This document shows, one piece after another, positions 12,606 through 26,169 of a stretch of 64,000 bases of DNA. The notes beneath the pieces are model-generated. The model had not been told where the DNA came from and ran no database searches. It was given only the letters and a program-made list of their open reading frames with translations. Both the position numbers and the translations under genes were made by a program. Each line of letters opens with the position of its first letter. The stretch's first letter is position 1. The DNA is from Mycoplasmatales bacterium (lineage in GTDB: Bacteria > Bacillota_I > Bacilli_A > Mycoplasmatales > G963692675): NCBI GenBank assembly GCA_963692675.1, contig OY830043.1:20563-84562 (forward strand). Direction: 5' to 3'.

Positions 12606-15353
12606 TTATTCTCAGCTGGGAAAATGTTTATCTAAAATCTTTTTACAAGATAAACAAATGTGATATAAATTTTCTTTTCTTTGTATGTTTGTGATATTTA
12701 AAAAATACGATCAACAACGATCACATTTAACTAAGTTTTTGTTGATCACATAATGAAAAGCAACATCATCAGTAGTTGCTAAATTAGTTTTTATCTCTGG
12801 AACAATAGTTACTTTAGCAGTTTGAAGAACTTCTTTTATTTCCTTTTTTGTAAAAAAATTACTTAATGTTCCTTCTTGAATAACACATTCAATTTCAGAA
12901 ATTTTCTTACATTTATTGGCTTTAATTGCTTCATCAATAACATGATTTAAATTGGTTTTTAGTTTCAATAGAATCTTCATGTTTTTTTTGATAACTTCAG
13001 TATTTTTTGGTAAAGCTACCTTTTTTGCATTACCAAATAAATGAATACTTACAATTTCTTTGTTTTTAAAAGGAGAATGTTGATAAACATCCTCAGCTAA
13101 AAAAGGAAGAAAAGGTGCAATTAGAAGTGTTAGTTTTTCTAAAAGTATAAAGAAAACATTTTTAATTTGTTGTTTTCTAGTAGCAGTTGGTTCTTTTATG
13201 TAAAGAATATCCTTAGATATTTCTAGATATAAGGAACTTAAGTCAATAATAATAAAGTTATTAAATTCCTTGAGGGCCCCTTTGTAATTAAAATGATCAC
13301 AATGTTGTTGCATGCTCTTAATTAAATGATTTAAACGTTCCAAAATATAAAGATCAATTTTCGTAAAGTCAGCTACCTTAAGGTTTTGGTAATCATTTAG
13401 ATTAGCTAATAAAAATCGGAAAACATTTCGGATTTTTCGATATTGTTTTGCTGTTTGTGCAAGAATATCGTCACTAATGCGAACATCTTCGTTATAATCA
13501 CAATTAGCAAAAAACAATCTTAAGATGTCAGCTCCATATTTAGCAATAATTTTTTTCACTGGGATGCCATTACCTTTTGATTTGCTCATTTTTTTGCCCT
13601 CTTTATCAACAATAAAACCATGAGTAATAACTTTATCATAAGGTGCATCATCATTAAGCATAACACTTGTAATAAGTGATGAATTAAATCATCCCCGGAA
13701 TTGGTCAGTACCTTCCAGATATAAATCACTTTTCTTTTGTTTAAATTGTTTATACATCACAGCATAATGACTTATTCCACTATCTAATCAAACATCCATA
13801 ATATCATGCTCTTTACTTTTTACTTTGGTTAATAATGTTTGAAGATAAGAATTATTTTTACTAATTATTTTTTCAAACTGTTTTGTGTAATAAATATCAC
13901 TGCCATATTTATAAAAAGCATCATAAATTGCCTTAAAAAGAATTTTATCAATAATAGGTTGGTTTGCTTCATCATAAAAGATAGCAATTGGTACACCTCA
14001 CTTTCGTTGTCGAGAAATACATCAATCATCGCGATTCTCAATCATGCTAATCATTCTTTTTTTGGCTCACGGTTGAACTCATACTACATTCTTGATATGT
14101 TCAATTAACTTTGTCTTAATGATGTTGACATTAATAAATCATTGGGTTGTTGCCCGAAAAATAACTGGTTTTCCAGTTCGTCAATCAGTAGGATAACTGT
14201 GATTAATAGTATCCTGAAATAAAAGTAATTTATCAGTCATCAAATCCTTGATAATTAATGCATCTGCTTTTGTATAAAAAATTCCCTGATACTTCTTGTC
14301 GGTCATAATTCCTTTTTCATTAACTCCCGATTGAATTTGTAAATTATTTTTAATACCTATTAGATAATCGTCTTTTCCATGACCTGGGGCAATATGAACA
14401 AGTCCAGTACCCTGCTTGGCATCCAGATGGTGTCCCTGCACTACCTGACATGTTTCTTTGGTTGTTGGTGATTTATACTTCAATCCTTCTAGTTCGGTGA
14501 TTTTTAGTTTCCGAAAAAACTTAAGTTGTAATTTATCCTTTAAGGAATCATAAGCATCTTGGGAAAGAATGATTTTTTTTGCTGATTTTGTTTCAGCAAT
14601 TACATAAGTAAATTGATTATTAAAAGCAATTGCCTTATTAGATGGAAGGGTTCAGGGAGTAGTGGTTCAAATTAAGAGAAAGGTATTTAACAATGCTTTT
14701 TTATCAGTTATAATCTTAGCTAAAACAAAAATGGAAGGGGAAGTGATATTTTTATATTCTACTTCAGCTTCAGCTAGTGCAGAACGACTACTTCATGATC
14801 AAATAATGGGTTTTTTAGCTCGATAAATATAATTCTTTAGTAATAATTGATATAAAATATCAATTTGAGTTGCTTCATATTCTTTATTCATGGTGATATA
14901 GTTTTTTCGAAAATCAATTATCAAACCTAATCGCTCAAAAGCTTTAGTTTGTAAATCAATTTGGGAAAGAGCATATTCCCGACACTTTTGGCGAAAATCA
15001 GTAACACTCAGTTCTTCATAATTCTTGTGTCTTTTTAAAAGAGCATGTTCAATTGGTAATCCGTGGGTATCCCAACCAAACATCATTGGAGCATAAAAAG
15101 AATTTTGTAATTTGATTCTTTGGGTAAATTCTTTTAATATAACATTTAAACAATGACCAATATGAATATCACCATTTGCATATGGTGGACCATGATGTAA
15201 ATAATATGGTGCAGAATGTTTATTCTTTAAAAGAATTTTTTCATAAATTTTCTGTTGTTGTCACTGTTTTAAAAAATCAATTTCTTTTACTGCAGCATTT
15301 GCCCGCATTGAAAAATCTGTTTGTGGGGTATATATGGTATCTTTAAGTTTCAT
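12606..15353 (-). CDS. ileS: isoleucine--tRNA ligase
   Basis: ORFs 14799.., 14181.. and 12711.. are in the same frame. KMSKS motif present. The C-terminal zinc finger (CDRCW ... CLSC) is recovered only when TGA is read as Trp. Product is 915 aa. Confidence 0.92.
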
Positions 15354-15407
15354 CTATTTAATTATAATCTCCTCTATCCTTTAATTAGGATATGGTGATT
15401 CCGAATT

Positions 15408-16712
15408 CTATTTATTTCACCAAAAAGAGCCACTCTTCTTATTTGTTTTCTTTCTTTTTGATTGTTTAAATAATGAAGGTTTTTTAAGAGGAGATCTAGT
15501 GGATCCTGATTTGCTTCTTTTTTTATTAAATGTATGAGAAAAAGATGATTTCTTACTAATGCTTGTAGTTCCAAAAATTTCATCTTCATCAAAAATAACT
15601 CGGGGTTCCCGATATCCAGAATTAATAGAGCGATCAACAGTTTCATCAACTGTTTCATAATCAGATGAATCCTCAATTGGTCCAGCACTTATTGTGTGTT
15701 CCCCATCACCAAGATCTATTTCCTCATCATTAAAATTGGAACCAATAATAGTGAGAATTACCTGGCTTGGACCCAATTTTTCATTAATACTCACTCCCCA
15801 AAAGAATCTTGTATCTTTGGATTGACTAATTCGTTTTTCGACAACATCAAGAATACTTTGGTGAACATTAGTTACAATGTCAGGGGCATGGGTTATATTT
15901 ACAATGACTCCCCGGGCATTTCTAATATCGGATAATAATAATGGGTTATCTAGGGTTTTAGCCACGAGCATTTCCACATCTTCCTCAATATCATCAATTT
16001 CCTCAGTAGCAATCCCAAATAAGACCACACCTGAATTTTCTAAAACGCTTTTAATATCAGCAAAATCAATATTAATGTGAGCAACTTTAGAAATAATATC
16101 ACTTACTGATTGTACAAATCGTCTTAAATTACTATCTGCTTCTTTAAAGCCCTCAATCATGGGGACATTACCAAGTACTTCACTAATTTTTTGGTTACTT
16201 ATAATAACTACTCCGTCACACTCTTTTTTTAATTGTTGTAGTCCTTCATATGCAATATCAATTCTTCCCCTTTCAAACTCAAATGGTAAAGTAGCAACAG
16301 CAATAGTTAAACAACCAACTTCTTCTTTTGCAACCCGTGCAATTACTGGTGCTGCTCCCGTTCCGGTTCCTCCCCCTAACCCCACGGCAATAAAAACCAT
16401 GTTGGCTCCATTTAACTTAGCTCTAATTTCATCAAGGGTATCTAAAGCAGCTTCTTCACCAACTTCAGGGTTACCTCCAGCTCCTAAACCTTTAGTAACA
16501 TTTTCACCTAATAAAAGAGTATCAACAGTTTGTGATTGTAACTGTTGTAAATCCGTATTAGCAGCAATAAAATCAACTCCGCGCACACCATCGCGAACCA
16601 TTCCTTCAATGGCATTACAACCACCACCACCTACTCCAATAACTTTAATTTTAATAATTGGATCAAATTGAGCATTCATCATTCTGCGGCGATTCCTATT
16701 CATTTCACTCAT
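15408..16712 (-). CDS. ftsZ: cell division GTPase FtsZ
   Basis: Tubulin signature GGGTGTG, plus VIGVGGGGCNA. The track stop at 15417 is TGA, and the real stop is TAG at 15408-15410. Confidence 0.95.
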
Positions 16713-16713
16713 G

Positions 16714-17958
16714 TTATCCTCCCATAATCATTTTACTTATTTTATCAGTATGTTTACTAATCCTTGTTCCTAATCTGCTAAAAATTCCATAACCTTGATT
16801 AGAAACACAATTAATATTTTCATATGACTGTGCTAAATGTGCTTTCATATATTCTACCATTCCTAATAACACAATAATGCTATTATCTTCATTTTCAATT
16901 CTGGTTACTTCCAAGTGTTTCATATTTGGAAAATGTTTATCAAGAAACTTTTGATAACCATTTGTTTTGACCACTGAAAAAGTTGTAAACACCGGAATGC
17001 TTTCCTTACCTAACATATAGGTAGTTGCTGCCTTAATATAATTATTTATTTCTGTATGTAAATAATAGAATATTTTTCTTCCATATTTTCTTAATTTACC
17101 CCTAGTTAGCTCTAATATTTTTCCATCAATTTTTGATTGGGAAGTATTAATTTCACTTTCCTGGTTACCAATTTTGGAAAAAGAAAAATGATCCTGAATT
17201 AAATTAGATACTTTAAAATCACTACTAATGTAAAATTTCTTTTTGATATAAGAAATTAACATGGAGGCTCCAAAATTAAAAATTTTGTAATGAATGAGAA
17301 TATTTCCATAATATATCATTATCTTAATTTTATCATAATTGATATCAACAATGGCTACATAATTACGCCCAATAATGTCTGGTAAAATGTAGGAATAGCA
17401 AAAACATGATGGAATATATTCTTTAACTTCAATATCACAATCAGTTGCAAATTTTTTCATCAAGTTCAATGTTTTTATGTGTGATCGATAAACTAAAGCA
17501 TCAACATTTAATTTTCTTACTTGTTTTCCTAATTCTGGAGGAGTTAATGATTTTACTTCTTCATTTCTTTCTTTTCAAAAATAACGTATGGGGGCGTTAC
17601 CAATTACAATTTCATTTTTAGTTGCTTTTGTTTGATCTTTAATTACCTTTTTAATTCCATTAAATGAGGATTTGGTTGAATAATAATCTAGAAAGGGAAT
17701 TTTTTCAAATAATTTAATTTTTACATTATCAACATCATAAACAATGTATCAATAATCAATTGTTTTACGTAATTCTCGTTGGGCATGCTCAATAGCAATG
17801 TTGATTTTTAATTTTAATAATGAATAATCAATTTTATCCATTTCTAATTTATAGACATCTCCAGAATCATGATATCATGAATGAAAACTATTATCAAGTT
17901 CTCCCACCAAGATCTGATATCTTGAATCTGCTATTTGCAATGTAGCAATTGTATTCAT
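16714..17958 (-). CDS. ftsA: divergent actin-like cell division protein FtsA
   Basis: 414-aa product from ATG 17956-17958, in the same frame as ORF 16714... It sits between rsmH and ftsZ. Similarity to FtsA is weak, so the call rests mainly on synteny and size. Confidence 0.75.
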
Positions 17959-17959
17959 C

Positions 17960-18856
17960 TTATTTCCTCCTTATGGCAATTAATTTAGCAGCTTTTGCTC
18001 TGCTATTTATAAGAACTTCATTTATACTGGGTGTAATTGGATGGTTGGTAACCAAATGAAAATCACTTTCTTTATTAATGGGTAATTTAATTGGGTAAGG
18101 ATTGACTAACTTTTGAAATGCCTTCAGAACAAGTTCTTGTTCTTGAGATTGAAAACATAAAATTACCATTCGACCATCTTTTTTCAAATATCTTGAGAAT
18201 GATTTTAATACTGCTTGTAAATTTTTAATTTCATCATTAACCATTATTCTTAAAGCTTGAAAAATAAGTTTTTGCATTTTAAAAAAATTCTTTTTACCAT
18301 AAGTAATTGAGATTACTTGATTCAAATCACCAACAGTATTCAAAGTTTTATTTTTCTTTGCGGTTGTAATATTTCTGACTAACTTTTTTACTTCTCTAAG
18401 ATTGTGCTTTTTAAATTCATTATGCAGAGAATTTCAAGAAAGTGAATGTAAAACATTTTTTGCAGTTTTTGAATTTTTTAAGCTGTAACGCATATCAATA
18501 TTTTCTTCATTCTTTAAGTAACTAAAACCTCGTTTGCTTTCTAAATTACTAGATGAAAAACCAAGATCCATTAATATTCCATCACATTGTTGATCATTTA
18601 AATACTTATGATAATGAGTGTATGAAATTGGGTAAAATGTTAAATTATGATATTGCTTAGCTAATTTCTTTCCTTTTTTAATGCTCTCTTCATTTATATC
18701 AAAAGCAATTACTTGACCATTTTCATTCAAATGTTTGAGAATTTCCTTTGAATGTCCCCCAAAGCCAAATGTCATATCAACATAACAACCATCTGGTTTA
18801 ATATTTAATGCTTCAACAACTTCATTAATCATGACTGGCACATGATCACTATTCAT
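17960..18856 (-). CDS. rsmH: 16S rRNA m4C1402 methyltransferase RsmH (MraW)
   Basis: HVPVMINEV and DMTFGFGGHS motifs. ORFs 18434.. and 17960.. are in the same frame, joined by TGA. Confidence 0.9.
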
Positions 18857-19277
18857 TAAGTGCTCCTAATATTTTAGAAAATTCATCTTTATTTTTTTGA
18901 AGCTCTTTATTATAATTATTTCAAGTATTTTTATTCCAAAGTTCTAAATGATTTCCTACCCCAATTAGAACTAGGTCTTTTGTATTATCTAAATAATCAA
19001 CTATGATTTGTGGAAGCAAAACTCTTCCCATATCACTAATAGAAAGTTCAAAAGCATTTGCCATGAATAACCGTTTGTACTTTCTTCATTTGGCATCATA
19101 GGATGGTTTATTAACTATTATTTGATGCATTTTATTATACATTTTAGTATCCCAGATTTCCGCTGATTTTTCAAAACCAATGGTTATAAAAATTGATTTA
19201 CCAAAATTTTGGCGATAAATTGTTGGAAGGCGAAATCTATTTTTTTGATCCATTCGAACATTTACTGTTCCAACCAT
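18849..19277 (-). CDS. mraZ: division/cell-wall cluster transcriptional regulator MraZ
   Basis: Two SpoVT/AbrB-like halves (DQKNRFRLP and DMGRVLLP). It is the first gene of the mraZ-rsmH-ftsA-ftsZ cluster. The TGA at 19086 is read through, and the stop is TAG at 18849-18851. Confidence 0.85.
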
Positions 19278-19317
19278 TCACATGTAAACTCCTTGCAAGA
19301 AAGGGAAACTTATTTTT

Positions 19318-19344
19318 CCACTTTCTTACACTATTATACACTAT
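19318..19344 (-). promoter_or_regulatory. putative MraZ operator: three direct heptamer repeats overlapping a TATAAT -10 box
   Basis: The minus strand reads ATAGTGT-ata-ATAGTGT-aag-AAAGTGG (7-nt repeats, 3-nt spacers, 10-bp phase), about 40-65 nt upstream of the mraZ ATG. This matches the AAAGTG[T/G] repeat operator described for Mollicutes MraZ. Confidence 0.6.
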
Positions 19345-19434
19345 TTTACAAAAAATATATTAAACTTGCCAACAGACAGAATTTTTAGTTAAATAAAATA
19401 TGAAAAATCAAAAAAACTTTTCACTCAAAACAAA

Positions 19435-20145
19435 TTATTTTTTTATTTTTTCGAATAAAATTTTTTCTACTGTTTGAATATTTAAATTAATCGGCAATTT
19501 GGTATTGTTCACTGAAGTGGCCTCAATCATTAGTTCATGTAACTTTTGTTTCATGATGGTATTTTTCATTAATAATGATGTAATTAAAATTAGAAAATGA
19601 AAAAACAGATGAGTAATGAGGGCTGAAGTTAAAATAATAATCAAAATTAAAAGGAATTCTGTTCTACTTATCTCTGAACTAGTAGTTGGTAAAAGTGGAT
19701 CTAGTTCAATATTAGGCTTTAATAATACCATTAATAAAACAACAAAAACAATTTTAATAATGATGCTACTTAACAATCCATCAAAACTAATTTTCTTTTG
19801 AATAAGTTTACTTTTCTTTTTTAGAGCTCCAACCATAAATGTAAGCAGAGAAAAAAAACAATAGATAATCAAAAGAATTAAAGAACTAAGCATAATTATA
19901 TCATTAACCACTTTTTGATTATATACATTCATAAAATCATAAATAAGCATCGAAGTAACACAAATAATAACAATGGAAATAACAATGGAAATAACCATAT
20001 TTAAGAGGGATAATAAATAAAGGGCTTTTGAATCCTGATATAATTTAATATCACCATAATCAGAAAATAATAATTTTTTAAATGATGGTGATGGAACTAC
20101 ACGATCTAAAACTTGACCCTCATTAAAATTATTTGCTCTTTTCAT
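19435..20145 (-). CDS. hypothetical multi-pass membrane protein (236 aa)
   Basis: Intact ORF with several long hydrophobic segments. No recognisable family. Confidence 0.6.
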   Translation of the reverse strand: MKRANNFNEGQVLDRVVPSPSFKKLLFSDYGDIKLYQDSKALYLLSLLNMVISIVISIVIICVTSMLIYDFMNVYNQKVVNDIIMLSSLILLIIYCFFSLLTFMVGALKKKSKLIQKKISFDGLLSSIIIKIVFVVLLMVLLKPNIELDPLLPTTSSEISRTEFLLILIIILTSALITHLFFHFLILITSLLMKNTIMKQKLHELMIEATSVNNTKLPINLNIQTVEKILFEKIKK

Positions 20146-20153
20146 TTATCATC

Positions 20154-21047
20154 CTAATTTAAACATAAGAGAGAATTAAGAAAATAAGCTTTTGTTAAGC
20201 TAATTCTTCGAAATTTATCATCTTCCTCAATCCTTTTTAAAAGATTAGCTAGGTTACTTAAGCGGTCATAATTAGTAATTCCTTGATACAACTGCTTTGT
20301 TGATCAATTAGCTAGAAGCGCTAGGGGACGAAACCCAGATAATTCATATAATCTAAATTTAGTTAGATCCTTAAGCACCAAAAGTAATCAATTAAATAAA
20401 TGTGCTAAAACTTCACTATTATCACTCATCTTCATAAATATCTTATAAATTGCTTTTTTATCACCACTAATTATTGTTCTGGCAATTTTATAAACCTCAT
20501 TTTCAGGAAAGTCTTTATAAAATTGCAAAACATCCTTTTTTGTAATCTTGGATTTTCATAAAGCAAGTAATCTTATTTGTTGAACTAGTTTGTTTGGATC
20601 TTTGCTGAATTTCTCAACTAAGTATTTAGTAATATTCATATCATATGCTACAAAATTCTTTGCAAACATATTTACTAATTCAGTACATTTTTGGGGTGTA
20701 TTATAGAATTGATCCTTTTTAATGAAAATTTTCATTTTTGCTAATTTATGATAAAGACTTGTTTTAGTATTAAATACAATTCATACCCGATTAATACTTG
20801 TTTTAATTAAGCTAATTGTTTCATCAGATAAATTTGAGTATTCATTCATAATAATGAATTTCTTTTTTGAAAAAAAAGTTCCTATTTGTAAATGGGTTTT
20901 TATTTTCTTTTCATCTTTATCCTCTTTTCCATAAAAAAATTCAAAATGATAATTAGGATTTTCTTTTATGAGTTTTTTCAAATACTCACTACTTAAATAA
21001 TTTATATTTGATAAAAAAAGAACTTTTAGATTTTCTTTACTTGTCAT
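20154..21047 (-). CDS. holA: DNA polymerase III delta subunit (HolA)-like
   Basis: ORF 20781.. extends through TGA codons to TAG at 20154-20156 (297 aa). The spacing of the ITKKDVLQFY...NEVYKIARTIISGDKKAIYKIF block resembles the Bacillus HolA/YqeN domain III. Confidence 0.6.
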
Positions 21048-21402
21048 TTGTATAACTGTATTTTATGAAATTTTCCTGATAGTGAACTTCACTAATAAAA
21101 GAGCTAAGAAAAAGAATTACTTCAAATGATAATAAAACTGGGAATGCTTTATAAAAAAGGCTTTCAGAAATAAGGGTTAGTAAAAAAGAAAGAAAAATTA
21201 AATTTGCGATGACAAAAAGTAAATAAATGATATGCCATCTCTTCAAATGATTTTTTCAGTGTTTAGAAATTAATAATAAATAAATGAAGGAAATAATTAT
21301 TCCTAAACCAAGAAATAAGTATAAGACAAATTGATTATTACTATTACCAGATAAGATGAAATATCTTGCTGTTGAGCAAACTAAAAAAAATGCTCCCGCC
21401 AT
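21037..21402 (-). CDS. small hypothetical membrane protein (121 aa)
   Basis: The frame of ORF 21037..21246 extends upstream through TGA to ATG 21400-21402. About 4 hydrophobic helices. Start choice is uncertain. Confidence 0.45.
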
Positions 21403-21439
21403 ATATCAAGTCAAGCTATATCATGCTTCTTTCACAAAA

Positions 21440-22555
21440 TTATATTTCCTTAAATCTGCGCATAAAGTTTTTATAACGATTGGATAAATTCTCAGGATTG
21501 TTATCTTTTATTTTTGTTTTCATGATTCCTTCTAATCCTTCGTTAAAACTAACAACTAACCGCACATAATGATCTCCAGTTCTTGCTGTATTTCTCACTT
21601 TAGCTCCTTTTTTTCTCAAACGAATATGATCAGCAGTAGTTCAATTACGAGGAATGGTAATTTTGTCTACCCCATGAATTGTTGGTACTTCAAGTACTTT
21701 ATGGCTAATAATATCAGTATAATTAACTGGTACATCAATCACAATATTACCATATTGATCTCGCTTAAAGTACTTATGTTCCCTAACTTTTAATTCAACA
21801 TATAAATCGCCATTTTCTCCCCCATTTTTTCCAGCTCCTCCATGAGCTGCAATTCGTAAGCGGTCTCCTGAATACACTCCAGAAGGAATGTTTAATTCAA
21901 CTTCCTTATTTCGAAAAATATGACCCTCTCCATGACAAACATTACATTTCTTAGTTATTTCTTTTCCTCGCCCTCCACATCTTGAGCAAGTTCGTTGAAC
22001 ATGAAAAGGACCAGAACGCATGAATTCATAACCAGTGCCACGACAAACTTCACAAGTTCTGATGTCACTAGAAGTTGCTGCTCCAGTTCCCCGGCATGAT
22101 GAACAATATTCGGCAACATCAAGATTGAATTTTTGAATATCCCCGTGAACTGCTTGCATAAAGGAAATGGTAACCAAGATTTGTTTATCATCTCCTCGTC
22201 TTGGGCCAGTTTTTGTTGCTTGCCGTTGACCAAAACCACCACCAAAACCCTGGTTAAAGATATTATTGAAAATATCATCAATATTAATATCAGAGAATGG
22301 TGAGTGGTGGCCGGCAGACCCAAAGTTGGTGTTTACACCTTGATGCCCAAAGCGATCATACATGGATCGTTTTTCTTGATCACTTAATGTTTCATAAGCT
22401 TCAGCAACTTCTTTAAATTTTTCTTCACTTTGAGGATCAGATTTATTTACATCGGGATGATATTTCTTTGCAAGAGATCGATAAGCTTTTTTTATTTCCT
22501 CAATTGAGGCATTCCGGCTTATCCCAAGAACATCATAATAATCTTTTTTTGCCAT
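21440..22555 (-). CDS. dnaJ: co-chaperone DnaJ
   Basis: J domain with HPD (KKYHPDVN), a G/F region and four CxxCxGxG zinc-finger repeats. The track stop at 21641 is TGA, and the real stop is TAA at 21440-21442. Confidence 0.93.
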
Positions 22556-22579
22556 TAATATTTATTCAAAAAGAAATTT

Positions 22580-24415
<1,836 letters not shown>

Positions 24416-25111
24416 CTAATTTTTTCCTTTTATTGCAACTTTAACTTTTGAATAAGAAATAATTTTCTCATTCAATTTATATTGAGGTGTTAATACCTCA
24501 ATAATCACTCCTTCTTCCGGAGCATCTGGTTGATTAACAATCGAAATGGCATTATGAATCTTGGGATCAAAAGGATCATTTACCTTAGGATAAATGATGC
24601 TTAAACCCTTATTTTCCATAACCTTCATTAAGTTATCAATAAGCATTTGAAAACCCCTGGCGTAATTTCTTGTTTCATTACTTGCTTGTTCTGGTAAAAC
24701 AAGTGCACTTTGGGAAGTATTTAAAACTTGTTCCGCAATATTCTTAAAGATGTTCGCTATTTCATTATGAATTTTGATTTGAGTTTCATTATGAATTCGT
24801 TCTTTTTCGGCATTTAAATTTTTTTTCATTGATGCATCAATTTTGTTTAGTTTATCTAAAAAATCGCTCTCTAATTGATGAGCAAATTTTTCATATTTTA
24901 TTCTTCACTGTTGAATTTCTTCATTTAATTGTTGAATTTTCTGACTTGTTTGTTCTAAATCAGTACAACATTTTTTATAGTCCTCTTGTAGTTTATTTAA
25001 CTTATTTGTTTCTTCTAAACTAGTTTGTGCTTGCTCATGAGTTTCTTTTTTCTCGACATGTTTTTTTTCTTTATTCAGGTTTTTTTTCTTTAAAAAATCA
25101 TTACTCTTCAT
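24416..25111 (-). CDS. grpE: nucleotide exchange factor GrpE, canonical copy
   Basis: ORFs 24905.. and 24416.. are in the same frame, joined by TGA. The product has a coiled-coil N-terminus and a C-terminal beta domain (DPFDPKIHNAISIV...GVIIEVLTPQYKL). Confidence 0.9.
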
Positions 25112-26168
25112 GTTCTAACTCCTTTGTACCTCAATAGGGAATCATTGATCTTCGGCGCATTGTATTTTGTTTAATGGATTCTAAGGCAGCCATAATCATT
25201 GGATAATCCATTCTTTTTGGGCCAACAACAACTAAGGTTATATTTTGCTCCAAAGTTACTGAAATCACACTAAACTCTTTATTATAGATATAATTTAATC
25301 TCGGCTCCATCTTTTCATTAGCATAAAATTCTTTTGATAATAATTTTCAAATATTATTTTTATCTAAAATCCTCATGATGTTTTGTAACATTTTTACATC
25401 ACTAAATTCTGGGAAGGAAGTTGTATTTATTGATCCATAAACATTGACTTTCATTACAGCTTGCCTAAAAATATCAAGAATATTTCTTTTTAAATCATTT
25501 TCAAAATTACTGATATGATTTTCTAAAAGGGGGATTAATTCATTTAATCGTTCCAGTACTTCATGAAATGGAGAATTAAATAGCCTTTTAGAAATTATTG
25601 CTAAACACAATTCAAGCTCCTCGAATTTTTTCTTATCCTTAATTTCAATTACTTTTTCTACAAGTACTTGTTCATTTGAAATAACAACAATCATTGCTTT
25701 GTTTTCATTAATTCTAAATAACTGTATCACTTGAATCCGATCATCTTTATTAGAAATATTTGATTGAAAAACTGCTACTGGTAATTTTAAAACCTCAGCA
25801 ATCAGCATACATGATTGTTGAATGACTGCTTTAATTGTGGTTGCTCGATTATCAAATATTTCCTTTATCGCTAGTTCTATGTGTTCATATTTTGTATTCT
25901 TGTCTGAAAATTTAGCATAATAACGATAACCTTTAGCTGTGGGGACTCGCCCAGCAGATGTATGTGGTTTTTCAATTAATTGATATTTCTCAAGAAGCAT
26001 CATATCATTTCTAATTGTTCCACTACAACAATTAAAACCACCTGCTTGAATTACTCTTGCTGATGATACAGGAATAGCTGTTTTAATAAAATCCTCTGCA
26101 ATAAAAAATAATAGTTGTTGTTGGCGTTTTTTTATTTGATACTTTTTTTTAGTAATTACCTTTGACAT
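25101..26168 (-). CDS. hrcA: heat-inducible transcription repressor HrcA
   Basis: N-terminal winged-helix region (PVSSARVIQ...) with HrcA-type length and organisation. It sits upstream of grpE-dnaK. The TGA at 25347 is read through to TAA at 25101-25103. Confidence 0.9.
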
Positions 26169-26169
26169 T

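Noticed and set aside
15354-15407. Looked for T-box or other leader riboswitches upstream of ileS and alaS.
   Set aside because: The ftsZ-ileS gap is only 54 nt, and alaS overlaps the preceding gene. There is no room for a T-box leader.
16159-16671. 170-aa plus-strand ORF, and similar plus-strand ORFs at 3084..3425, 8615..8893, 11795..12118, 22830..23120, 26969..27259, 37513..37740 and 52637..53029.
   Set aside because: All lie antisense to well-supported conserved minus-strand genes (ftsZ, secDF, alaS, rluD, dnaK, clpB and others). Their composition is low-complexity Ser/Leu/Phe-rich, typical of shadow ORFs in AT-rich DNA.
19967-19991. A 12-bp tandem duplication (caatggaaataa x2, encoding ISIVISIV) in the 19435..20145 membrane protein was considered as a variable repeat.
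   Set aside because: There are only two copies, in frame, inside a TM helix. This is most simply a neutral duplication.
21955-22323. Alternative-frame minus-strand ORFs inside real genes: 21955..22323 in dnaJ, 15374..15688 in ftsZ, 60848..61102 in ftsK, 9243..9425 in alaS and 31709..31894 in the SNase gene.
   Set aside because: They overlap strongly supported reading frames and have no motifs or RBS of their own.
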